DNA from: Parachlamydiales bacterium
GTDB taxonomy: Bacteria; Chlamydiota; Chlamydiia; Chlamydiales; Rhabdochlamydiaceae
NCBI GenBank assembly: GCA_963705295.1
Contig: OY970065.1
Coordinates: forward strand, 1,824,001 to 1,888,000
Direction of reading: 5' to 3'
DNA length: 64,000 nucleotides
The first letter of the stretch is position 1; the number at the start of each line of letters is the position of its first letter. Shown here piece after piece: positions 55,395 through 64,000 of the stretch. Made by a program: the position numbers and the translations under genes. The notes beneath the pieces were generated by a model, which ran no database searches, was not told the origin of the DNA, and was given only the letters and a program-made list of their open reading frames with translations.

Positions 55395-56663
55395 TTACTT
55401 TAACATTTCAGAGGGGGGGATATTTGGGGAGAAGACAGGATCGTCTGCTAGAGGAGAAGGAGGAAATAGGGGGGCCCGAAGGTGAAGCGTACTATCATCT
55501 GTCAATGTCACTTGGTTTAACTGGAAACAAACCTGGCCCAGCATCGCAGCGATGATGTAGGTATCGTTTGGATCTTTAGGTAAATGGATGCATTCTTTTA
55601 CGTTTGAGTCGATCACCAAAACAGGCTTGGGAAGCGGTGTGTGAAGGTCACAGGCTCTGAAAATCATGAAACACTGATCTTCCTCTATCGGACCCATGTG
55701 GGGATGGATCCGGACATCATCCTGAAATAAGGCCGATTTCAGAAGCTGAGCTGGAGTGGGTCGATTTTCATAGACGAGCATCGATTTCAATAAATCGAGA
55801 AAAGCCATGATTTCAGAGTCGGGTATCTTTTGTTCTTTAAGGGCACTCACAACCTGGATCTCCCAAGGATCATCATCCACGATATCCAACTTTTTCAACG
55901 CGACTTCAGGTTCTAAATTATAAAATTCTTCTCCTAATCGGCACCCCTCCAAAAACTTTTTGCAAGGGGCGCCGATTTGTTGATCAATACCATTCAAGTG
56001 GAGAGCTTTGTTATATTCATTCCCAGGCTTGTAAGGATAGAAAAGAAATTCTTTGACCGCCAAGATAAAGAGCACACAGGCTAAGCTCCAAAGATCACCC
56101 GAAGGTGTCCTTTTCCCTTCTAAAATTTCTTCAGGTGAAGCAAAAGGGTGGGTCGTGTTGTGTTTATATTTTTCTACAAGCCCCATGTGGCCATAATCAA
56201 TGACGAACAGAGTTTTATTGTGGAAAATAAGATTCTCTGGCTTCAAATCGCCATGGATAATACCCCATTTTCGGACCGTGGCAAGAAATTCTAAAGCTTG
56301 CCGAGCAATGCTCTTAATATCTTGAAAAGTCAACACCTCATTATAGATAAAAGAATGGAGCTGGCATGTCGGAAGGTATTCCGTCACAATGTTGATGGAA
56401 TCTCCATCTTGATAAACATCGATGAAAGGAAGTCTATGGGGAATACCCTTTCTCTCAAAATGTTTTAAGAAAGCAATTTCATGGGCAACATTTCTAAGAT
56501 CTTTCGCAGGACATTGCTTAACCGCAACTGTCCGATTCAAAACTCTGTCAAAAGCAGCATAAACCGGTGATAACCCTTGATCGATGAAATCGGTAATCAT
56601 ATAACGGGGCAATGGAATAGCAGGAGGGATAAAACGTCTAGATTCAGAAATTTTTAAAGTCAT
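55395..56663 (-). CDS. Hanks-type Ser/Thr kinase, CMGC-like
   Basis: VAVK, HE, IIHGDLKPENL, IDYG, SPE, DLWSLAC, FLDLL..ML....RPT..QLL...LF. Confidence 0.88.
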   Translation of the reverse strand: MTLKISESRRFIPPAIPLPRYMITDFIDQGLSPVYAAFDRVLNRTVAVKQCPAKDLRNVAHEIAFLKHFERKGIPHRLPFIDVYQDGDSINIVTEYLPTCQLHSFIYNEVLTFQDIKSIARQALEFLATVRKWGIIHGDLKPENLIFHNKTLFVIDYGHMGLVEKYKHNTTHPFASPEEILEGKRTPSGDLWSLACVLFILAVKEFLFYPYKPGNEYNKALHLNGIDQQIGAPCKKFLEGCRLGEEFYNLEPEVALKKLDIVDDDPWEIQVVSALKEQKIPDSEIMAFLDLLKSMLVYENRPTPAQLLKSALFQDDVRIHPHMGPIEEDQCFMIFRACDLHTPLPKPVLVIDSNVKECIHLPKDPNDTYIIAAMLGQVCFQLNQVTLTDDSTLHLRAPLFPPSPLADDPVFSPNIPPSEMLK

Positions 56664-57553
56664 AACTCAAAATTCAAACTACGACGAGGACAGGTTGTGG
56701 TTGGATCAGTTCTGGCTATCCTCTGTTTTTTTGGTCTACAAGGTTTAGGGACATCGATACTATCAACACCTAATTTTACAAATTGAACAGGGGTACCCTG
56801 ATCCGTCAGTTTGTAAGCATGGACAAAACGTGTATTAACCGTTGCAATCTGACGAAGATTATAGAGATACGCTTCTTTTTTTATAGAACTATCGAGCCAC
56901 TCATTGATATTCGAAACATAGAGTGTATCCAATTCTAAATGGTGGTGGTGCATCCAACTTCTTATCTGATGAAATACCCCCGTCTTGTCTGTGACATCTA
57001 AATTGAGATATAAGACACCTTTCCGCAGGTGCATTCCTTTAATGATTTGAAACGTCTCTTCCCGAAAGAGCCAACTTTCCGGTCTAATGAGCTCTGCTTC
57101 TAAATTAAAAAGCTGACAGAGTTCATTCGCAGATTTTATTCCTAATTTTTCTCCATTTTCTAGCAAAAAACTCCCAAATGCATCGATGAAATCGGTTCTC
57201 GTTTTGCTTTGCTTAAGCAACTGCTCCATCGCCCCGTATAAAGCGATCATATGATTATCGATATCACAAATAATGGCACAGGCAGGCTCGGTGATGCACA
57301 TCATATCGTAATTAAACCAGAGTGAAAATCCGACATGGACTCTTTTTTGAGGATCGACCCTGGAACGATTCGTTCTCAGAAAATCGAGAGTTTCCTTTTG
57401 ACCCTCTTCGTTGCATCGAATATACGGATGAGAACTCGTATAAGTTCCCTCCTGTAAAGGTGCAGGAAGTCCATCAAAAAACGGATAAGTAGGAATATTT
57501 TCTTTTCCTAAAAAATTAAGAGAATTAATAACAGGTACCATAAATTCCAACAT
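56660..57553 (-). CDS. Hypothetical protein translationally coupled to the kinase
   Basis: 297-aa ORF with an ATGA overlap; basic C-terminal tail; weak resemblance to a SAM-binding fold (ICDID, DTLYVSNI.EW). Confidence 0.65.
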   Translation of the reverse strand: MLEFMVPVINSLNFLGKENIPTYPFFDGLPAPLQEGTYTSSHPYIRCNEEGQKETLDFLRTNRSRVDPQKRVHVGFSLWFNYDMMCITEPACAIICDIDNHMIALYGAMEQLLKQSKTRTDFIDAFGSFLLENGEKLGIKSANELCQLFNLEAELIRPESWLFREETFQIIKGMHLRKGVLYLNLDVTDKTGVFHQIRSWMHHHHLELDTLYVSNINEWLDSSIKKEAYLYNLRQIATVNTRFVHAYKLTDQGTPVQFVKLGVDSIDVPKPCRPKKQRIARTDPTTTCPRRSLNFEL

Positions 57554-57676
57554 AATAACACAATTTCAATTTAGAAAAAATATGCTATTAATTTTTAAAT
57601 TAAATTTTTTTATATTTAGGGAAGAAAATTTTTATTGCATCTAATGAAAAAATTTAACTATACTCTTGCAATTTTT

Positions 57677-58435
57677 ATGCAACCTGCTCAATTACTAGGA
57701 ACTCCATCTTTTTCTTTCAGGCAATGGTCAACAGAAGATTTGACACGTTTTGTTTCATTATTACAGCCCAAATGGGAAACGACAACATCTTTTTTTAAAA
57801 TATTTGCCAATGTGACCAATCTTCTTGCCGAACAGGAAGAAGAAATTTTATCGATTCCGAAAGGGGATAACCTTTTAGCAGAAATCCCCGCAGAGCCGAC
57901 CAACCCACTCTTCTATTTTCAAAGGGAGCGGTGGCTCGAGAATCACAATCGTCAAGAATTTTTAAGACATCTATCGGGGACAGACGTACGAGAGTTGATC
58001 CTGCCGCGCGGCTCCCTGACCAGGCTTCCACCAGAGATTGGACTCTTAACACATTTAGAAACCCTCGTCATTCTCAACAATCCCCTTCGAACCATCTCAC
58101 CTCAAATTGGACAACTGACACGGCTTAAAAAGCTGATGATTTGTTTCACATCGCTCCGTTTTTTATGTCCTGAGATTCAAAATTTATCCAATCTGGAATA
58201 TGTCGATGTGAGTCGCAATCAGCTCGAGCATATCGACCCTCTTGCCCATTTACCCAATCTCATTCAACTCGATGCAAAGATGAATCGTATCAAGAGATTA
58301 CCACCCGAGGTTCATTGGGATCGTCTCCAAATACTGACACTGCGAAAAAATCCGGTAACAGACTCAGCTGGGACGACCCAGCTCCCGACTCATCAACTCG
58401 CGTGTAGAGGTTTGAACAATCTCAATTTCTTTTAG
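57677..58435 (+). CDS. Leucine-rich repeat protein
   Basis: LTRLPPEIGLLTHLETL, ISPQIGQLTRLKKL, PEIQNLSNLEYVDVSRNQL, LPNLIQLD...N.IKRLP. Confidence 0.85.
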   Translation: MQPAQLLGTPSFSFRQWSTEDLTRFVSLLQPKWETTTSFFKIFANVTNLLAEQEEEILSIPKGDNLLAEIPAEPTNPLFYFQRERWLENHNRQEFLRHLSGTDVRELILPRGSLTRLPPEIGLLTHLETLVILNNPLRTISPQIGQLTRLKKLMICFTSLRFLCPEIQNLSNLEYVDVSRNQLEHIDPLAHLPNLIQLDAKMNRIKRLPPEVHWDRLQILTLRKNPVTDSAGTTQLPTHQLACRGLNNLNFF

Positions 58436-59461
58436 AGTATTGACAGTCGCAGCAGCTCCCAGCTCGCTGAATTTGCGCGCACTCGAGAGAACATTTCTCT
58501 CCAGCGAACCTGTCGCGTGATTATACGCATCGACAGCTTGATTTAAAGCTTTCCCCAGATGAGCCCAATGCCCCGATAAATCCGAAATCCTCTTATAAAG
58601 TTCATGGCCCAGTTCACTCACCCGCTGCGCATGCCGCGAAATGCTCTCTTGTTTCCACCCATAAGCGACAGCCTTCAAAAGGGCAATGAGTGTGGTCGGC
58701 GTTGCTAAAATCACACCCTGCCCTGCTCCAAATTCAATCAGCAGCGGATCCGACTCGAGAGCAATGGCAAAAATGGTTTCCGAAGGAAGAAACAGGACCA
58801 CGAATTCAGGCGTCGGCTTAAAATGTTCCCAGTACGTTTTTTTCCCGAGCTGCACAATGTGCTCTTTCACCCGCTTCGCATGCTGCCGAAACTTCTCCAC
58901 CTTTTGCACATCTTCCACTTCATCAATCCCTTCCAAATACGCATCGAGAGGCACTTTCGCATCAACAACCACCTGCCGCTCACCCGGAAGCTGGACAATC
59001 AAGTCGGGTTTCCTCCGCTGTCCATCACTGATATCAAACCCCTGCTCGATAAAATCACAGTGTTGAACCATCCCCGCCAATTCAACCACCCGCTTCAGCT
59101 GGATCTCCCCCCATCTTCCCCTTCCTGCCGGTGATCTCAAAGCTTTGACCAATTTCGATGTCTCTTGTTTCAGCTGACCTTCGGCATCTAACATAGCATT
59201 CAGCTGCTGTTTTAACGCCCCGTGATCCGATTTTCTCTCATTTTCCAAAAGCCGCATCTGCGCATGGAGTTTATCCATCATCTCCCGAATCATCTTCTGT
59301 TTCTCTTCCAGATCTTCTGCAGAAACTACTTTAAACGACTCCCTCAGCTCCTCTTGATTTTTAAACTTCTCCTCAGCAACCACGCACCGAATCATCAACT
59401 TCTGGTACCGATACGCCAGCACCATGAGGATTAAGAACAAAACAGCCGCAACAATGATCAT
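58364..59461 (-). CDS. rmuC: DNA recombination protein RmuC
   Basis: RGRWGE.QL.R.VE.AG, PD.IV.LP, VDAKVP, FV..F.PSE, TPTTL.ALL; ATG at 59461 overlaps the pssA stop. Confidence 0.93.
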   Translation of the reverse strand: MIIVAAVLFLILMVLAYRYQKLMIRCVVAEEKFKNQEELRESFKVVSAEDLEEKQKMIREMMDKLHAQMRLLENERKSDHGALKQQLNAMLDAEGQLKQETSKLVKALRSPAGRGRWGEIQLKRVVELAGMVQHCDFIEQGFDISDGQRRKPDLIVQLPGERQVVVDAKVPLDAYLEGIDEVEDVQKVEKFRQHAKRVKEHIVQLGKKTYWEHFKPTPEFVVLFLPSETIFAIALESDPLLIEFGAGQGVILATPTTLIALLKAVAYGWKQESISRHAQRVSELGHELYKRISDLSGHWAHLGKALNQAVDAYNHATGSLERNVLSSARKFSELGAAATVNTLKEIEIVQTSTRELMSRELGRPS

Positions 59462-60294
59462 TCGTCTTCGTCCTCGGGTTCGAAGTCTTGGAGGGTTTTG
59501 GATTTTTTTCCAGCGATCATGCGGATGGTTGAAAGAATGACCCCGAGAAGGATGTAGCCCCAGCAGATACCCATGAGCATGAAGGGGAAGAAATGGAGAA
59601 TCCCATAGAGAATAAAAATCGCAGTAATCACGGTGAGAAGAACCAATTGAAACGGAGGGACCCGAAAATGGAGTGTCTTTAGACTCGGAAATTTCCATCG
59701 ACTCACCATCAAAAATCCGAGGACGATCCAAATACACGTCAAAACGACTGCCACCGTCGACTCTTTCCACTGAAACCATTCGTGTGCAAAAGGGCTCATG
59801 AAAAACAGATTGGTTGAAACCGCAGCTATTGCACCCGCAGGAATCGGCAAACCGGTGAAATTCTTCTTCTGCGCCGCCTCTTCCTCCACGTTCCCCTTTG
59901 CCTGGGTCGATTTCACACTAAATCGAACCAGCCTCAAGATCCCGCAGATCGAATAGAGCATCGCTCCCACCACTGCAAAAAACGACAGCCCCGTCCCCTG
60001 CTCCAATGACAAACTCTTCAACAACAATACCGACGGCGCCACCCCAAATGAAACCGCGTCCGCCAGCGAGTCAAAAACAAACCCAAACTCACTCTCCGCC
60101 CTTATAATCCGTGCCACCGCCCCATCCAACAAGTCAGCAAATGCCGCCATCAATAACAACAACAGCGAAGTAAAAAGGACCTGATAGCTCCCCGACCCCG
60201 GCTCAATCATGTTCACCTTAAAGATGACAAAAAGCCCGCACGCGAGCCCAAATGCCGTGATCGCATTCGGTATCAAAAAGACCTGCTTCCTCAT
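59458..60294 (-). CDS. pssA: CDP-diacylglycerol--serine O-phosphatidyltransferase
   Basis: PN.IT...L.CG, D.LDG..AR......SEFG..FDSLAD.VSFGVAP, RL.RF, F.GLP.PA. Confidence 0.93.
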   Translation of the reverse strand: MRKQVFLIPNAITAFGLACGLFVIFKVNMIEPGSGSYQVLFTSLLLLLMAAFADLLDGAVARIIRAESEFGFVFDSLADAVSFGVAPSVLLLKSLSLEQGTGLSFFAVVGAMLYSICGILRLVRFSVKSTQAKGNVEEEAAQKKNFTGLPIPAGAIAAVSTNLFFMSPFAHEWFQWKESTVAVVLTCIWIVLGFLMVSRWKFPSLKTLHFRVPPFQLVLLTVITAIFILYGILHFFPFMLMGICWGYILLGVILSTIRMIAGKKSKTLQDFEPEDEDE

Positions 60295-60395
60295 ACCCTT
60301 ACATTACCATACATTCTAATCCTAAGGAATTTAAATTTTTACTTAACATTTAATTAAGGAAATGTTAAATTATAATTAGGAATAATAGGTATTTT

Positions 60396-61148
60396 ATGAC
60401 AACAAATAGTGTTACAGGATTAAGTGCCATCGCACGAGAAATCAACAACAGTTTTGATATCAAAACGTATACAGAAGAGATGCTTAAATACGTTCAAAAC
60501 CCATCAGCATATCCCCTTTCACAGGTTGTAACAGCATTTCAATTCTTCCAAGCGATGTATAATAAGACTTCCTTCCAGGTACCCGGCGGTCCATCGATCG
60601 ACTTTTCTCAAGTTGACCCTAGCACGGCTGCTCAAATGCATACCTTAGTGGTCAAGGCCCTTTCTGACTATGGCACCGTTCGTGTCCCTTATGCCCCAGG
60701 AAAGACCGTTCCTCTTATGATCACAGAAGTCGTTAATGGCAAGACGGTTACAAAGCCTGCAAGCTTGCTTGATTTGGTTTCAGAACCGAATGGAGCAACT
60801 TTTTCCATCAAATACTCGGGGGACCCTGATCAAATGATCGACAGTCATACTTCACCCCCCTGGGCTCCCGGATTTGCTGGCGCTTTCAATAACGCCTTTA
60901 CAGCCGGACAGAGTTTGGAGAGGGTTGTTAGTAACGTCTCGGATACCTTTGGCATCCCAGGAACCGGCCTCTCCTGCCACTTTCACGATGGAGCGTGGTC
61001 ATTTGATTCGGCGACATTCTCGATTTCTGGAAGTGCTCAGGATTGGATTACAGCCGCTGCAGGTTCGATGGTAACTTCGACTTCTGACTCGGCAGCTGCC
61101 CAGGCGGATGCTGCGGCTTTAGCCCAGTTCATCCAAACGCATATTTAA
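60396..61148 (+). CDS. Hypothetical Thr/Ser/Ala-rich protein
   Basis: 250-aa ORF, T/S/N-rich N-terminus, no signal peptide, AT-rich upstream region. Confidence 0.7.
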   Translation: MTTNSVTGLSAIAREINNSFDIKTYTEEMLKYVQNPSAYPLSQVVTAFQFFQAMYNKTSFQVPGGPSIDFSQVDPSTAAQMHTLVVKALSDYGTVRVPYAPGKTVPLMITEVVNGKTVTKPASLLDLVSEPNGATFSIKYSGDPDQMIDSHTSPPWAPGFAGAFNNAFTAGQSLERVVSNVSDTFGIPGTGLSCHFHDGAWSFDSATFSISGSAQDWITAAAGSMVTSTSDSAAAQADAAALAQFIQTHI

Positions 61149-61182
61149 ATTAAAACAACTTATTGATACAGATAGAAATAAC

Positions 61183-61542
61183 ATGAAAACACGCAAAGAA
61201 GAGATCCTAGAGAAAATTGAAGAGTTCACAGGGAACTTTGAGAAGCCCGATTTGAGTAAAATGGAAGAGTTGATCACCGAGATCTTAAAATTCTTCGAAT
61301 ACAGCCGAGAAAAGCTGCAAGCCACCGATGAGGCCGATCGAAAAGCTGCTCTCCAAGATTTGCAAGACATCCAAAAAAAGCTCGATGAACTGGCAAAAAA
61401 AGCGCTTGAAAAAGCCGGCATTACACAAGACCAACTCTCGAGTTTTATGGCAAATCCTCAAAACTTTTTGCCGAAAGACCAAGACAAAATCCAAAAGATT
61501 CAAAGAGAAATCCAGTCAACCCAAAATTATATAAAACCATGA
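61183..61542 (+). CDS. Small charged helical/coiled-coil protein
   Basis: 119 aa, E/K/Q-rich, G.T.DQL..F..NP.NF motif; ATGA overlap with the next gene. Confidence 0.7.
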   Translation: MKTRKEEILEKIEEFTGNFEKPDLSKMEELITEILKFFEYSREKLQATDEADRKAALQDLQDIQKKLDELAKKALEKAGITQDQLSSFMANPQNFLPKDQDKIQKIQREIQSTQNYIKP

Positions 61543-62582
61543 AAATCCCACATATTTATACTTTACCCACAGCTCCAGGATCTCAACCATCCAGTCAACA
61601 AGCCCTCTATGCGGCCATGAGCTCGGCTCTTTCTCAAACCTCTGCTGCCGCTCCCGTACCGGGTGTTTCTGCGACGACCACCGATACAACCACGACCACT
61701 TTTCAAGCCCTCGCCGATCTCGCGGCCATTGATATGATTCTCCGCCGGATGGCCGACGGCCAAATCGATCCTGCAACAGGTCAAGCCCAGATCAATAAAT
61801 ACATGAATGACCTCGTGAACAACTGCCAAGGAAATGCGATTCCTGCCATCAATAGTATCATCTTAAGTTTGGCAGCCGACTTTAAACTCACCAACGGAAA
61901 CTATGTTCCGATCATGTCACAAGGCTCTTCTAGCTATTTGAATTGCAAATTCGAATGGGATTGGGATCAAAACCAAGGAAACAAGAATACCCCTGACGGA
62001 TGGACATCTATCGGTGGAATCCAACAAATCTGGGCAGCCCTCGGCTCAAAACCATTTCCTCCCAATTTCACCGTCGGACCCAACAATCCGATGGCCTTCT
62101 GTAATTTCCTTCTTTTTGCCTCTGACTCGATGTTATGCCCCACTATTGCACTCAAAGGGAATTACGACCTACAAATGTTCGGAACAACCTACGGCCTTCC
62201 ACAGCCGATGGATTTTGCCCACTTAATTCCTATTTATGTCGAAACTGCTTTTTATCAGCAAGATGTGATCAATACCAATAATCCTAATAACTTTTATAGC
62301 GACATGTGTAACTTTTTAGAACTCTTTCCCAATCGGGAAGATTTAAGTGAACAATACCAAGGTCAAGACATTCAGGATAAAATACCTAACTATTTAAACC
62401 TTCTAGGTCAAATCCAAAACACCATCACCAACCCTGATTATTCTGTCTTTCCACCGAAAGAATGGGCATCCATCCTGGGGCCTAATTACTTGGCCTTTTT
62501 CGGCAATGGAGGCCCAATAGATCTCTCTTTTTTCTATAGCGACATCGAAAACTACCAGATGCAGCAGTATCTAAACTCTTAA
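61539..62582 (+). CDS. Hypothetical protein with an S/T/A/P-rich N-terminus
   Basis: 347-aa ORF with a low-complexity first ~55 aa and an N/Q-rich body. Confidence 0.7.
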   Translation: MKIPHIYTLPTAPGSQPSSQQALYAAMSSALSQTSAAAPVPGVSATTTDTTTTTFQALADLAAIDMILRRMADGQIDPATGQAQINKYMNDLVNNCQGNAIPAINSIILSLAADFKLTNGNYVPIMSQGSSSYLNCKFEWDWDQNQGNKNTPDGWTSIGGIQQIWAALGSKPFPPNFTVGPNNPMAFCNFLLFASDSMLCPTIALKGNYDLQMFGTTYGLPQPMDFAHLIPIYVETAFYQQDVINTNNPNNFYSDMCNFLELFPNREDLSEQYQGQDIQDKIPNYLNLLGQIQNTITNPDYSVFPPKEWASILGPNYLAFFGNGGPIDLSFFYSDIENYQMQQYLNS

Positions 62583-62721
62583 GCCTTAGTAACTTTTAAT
62601 AACCTCTCGCTCAAGCGCTTATATATAAAAATTATTTAAAAATTAAGTTGATATTAAAATCGTATAAATATAAAATAAAATTAGAAGAAATATAATTATA
62701 ATAAAATAGGGAGCAAATAAT

Positions 62722-64000
62722 ATGTCTACTATCTATAACAATCCTAATCCAAATGCCGACGGCGTTGGAGGAGCACAAGGATCACAACAAGGTCAACAGA
62801 ACGGCGGCGTGGGCGATTCTAGTAATTACCCTGTATGGCCTTCCGACTGGCCGGTCGACCCGAATGAGCCGATCCCGCAGGTACCCTCTAATCCGAACGA
62901 GAGTATTCAGCAACAGTTGCAAGATATCGAAAACTACATGAAGTGGCTTTCGCAGCACCCGAACGATCCTCAAACTTATAACGGTGCTTTAGCGATGCTC
63001 CATGCTCTTTTGGTCATCGGTCAAAATGCTAAAAACTTAAGTCCTGCTGATTTAGCTCAATTTAACACCATCATGAACTCGCTCGGAAATTCCGACATTT
63101 TCTCAGGGATCATCCGTATGGTGATGATGGGTGCTTTCTATCAAAACGGTGCCAATGGCTTTAGTAAAACAAACCAGTTTATCGATGCTTTGGCCAAAGA
63201 ATTTGGTCAACTTTCATCGGTTTCACCATTCTTTGCAGGTCTTGCCGCAACGGCTTCTTTAGAACAGAGCTTCATAGAACAAACAGCCGAAGCTGCCAAC
63301 TCACCGTATATCTGGAAAGACCCTAATACCGGTGTCACATGGCTTACGAACGGTCAAGCTGGCGCGTCGAACATCATGACGTTCCAAGACTATCAACTTT
63401 CTGCAATATCAGCTCTATCTTTAGAGATCATCGATAGCCAAGGGAATAACAACGCGTCGAACGCGGTGAACCAGTACTACCAGTCAGAAGTCAATATGAT
63501 CTGCACGAAGTACAAAAACAACCCTGAACTCATCGTGATGTTGCTCCTGGAGCTCATGGCGGGGGGTCAACTCAATGACATAGGTCAAGATGTGAAAGGT
63601 GAGGGTGACCAGACCAATAACTTGACTGCCGCGCAAAAGCTGATCGCGAGCATGCTTGCCCTGCTGCGAGGTGGCTTCCAAGGACCAAACGGTCCCCAGA
63701 ACTCTCAGCAGTTCATCCAAGATCTGAACCAGTTAAAATCGATGGAAACGTTCTTCCCGCAGCTCAAATCTGCGATCGATGGGATCTATAACTCGATCAT
63801 GGGTGGTACAGTGACCGTGACGATCGGCCCTGGAAATAAAACCGTCATCAACACGCTCACGCAAAATACCTACTTTAACTTCCCAACAAAGGCCCAGCTC
63901 GGTCTCGGACCAGACCAAGGCCTGTATTACACAGTCAATGGTCAAACGTTTGAGGTCCCGTACGGAAGTTCAATGGAACTTCCTGCAGGTGCACAAATCT
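62722..64000 (+). CDS. Large hypothetical Q/N/G-rich protein, 3' end outside the window; absent from the ORF track
   Basis: Manually read open frame of 426 codons starting MSTIYNNPNPNADGVGGAQGSQQGQQNGG; GGGAG SD and a long AT-rich upstream region. Confidence 0.85.
   Translation, partial: MSTIYNNPNPNADGVGGAQGSQQGQQNGGVGDSSNYPVWPSDWPVDPNEPIPQVPSNPNESIQQQLQDIENYMKWLSQHPNDPQTYNGALAMLHALLVIGQNAKNLSPADLAQFNTIMNSLGNSDIFSGIIRMVMMGAFYQNGANGFSKTNQFIDALAKEFGQLSSVSPFFAGLAATASLEQSFIEQTAEAANSPYIWKDPNTGVTWLTNGQAGASNIMTFQDYQLSAISALSLEIIDSQGNNNASNAVNQYYQSEVNMICTKYKNNPELIVMLLLELMAGGQLNDIGQDVKGEGDQTNNLTAAQKLIASMLALLRGGFQGPNGPQNSQQFIQDLNQLKSMETFFPQLKSAIDGIYNSIMGGTVTVTIGPGNKTVINTLTQNTYFNFPTKAQLGLGPDQGLYYTVNGQTFEVPYGSSMELPAGAQI

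Noticed and set aside
59462..59779. N-terminal 106 aa of the 471-aa RmuC ORF
   Set aside because: Out-of-frame overlap with pssA; the real start is at 59461 (ATGA coupling).
62753..63945. Short track ORFs at the right end
   Set aside because: They are alternative-frame or antisense shadows of the long open frame starting at 62722.

Overview
This 64-kb window looks like chromosome from an environmental member of the Chlamydiae (Chlamydiota). That assignment is an inference from recalled chlamydial markers: glgB/CT865-like/mtaB, hflX-phnP, mdh beside a CT375-like oxidoreductase, a CT017-like SH3 protein beside a DUF455 gene, rmuC-pssA, and a CHLPS43-like hydrolase. The core genes are interleaved with many accessory genes. 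(1) A ~6.1-kb cassette (17375-23535) is bracketed by an exact 30-bp direct repeat of the radC 3' end. It carries an apparently novel four-gene lipid pathway: a YnbB/CdsA-like cytidylyltransferase, a YnbA-like CDP-alcohol phosphotransferase, a PLP class-V/SDR fusion, and an acyl-AMP ligase-ACP-acyltransferase. (2) There are several eukaryote-like host-interaction candidates: a mitochondrial-carrier-family protein, a U-box/RING protein, a 2074-aa kinase-like/LRR/Sel1 protein, a sterol delta-7 reductase, a CMGC-like kinase and a sphingomyelinase-like protein. (3) A split LigD plus PolX-PHP repair operon opens the window, and umuDC lies further on. (4) Non-coding structure includes a 166-bp MITE-like element and a family of intergenic palindromes with 9-bp periodicity. 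(5) A TANNNT-N6-ATG pattern recurs at gene starts, suggesting leaderless transcription. (6) Also present are tRNA-Ala and tRNA-Ile, two TA pairs, and three real ORFs missing from the supplied track. No rRNA, CRISPR array, integrase or transposase was seen. All family calls come from motif recognition by eye; no searches were run.
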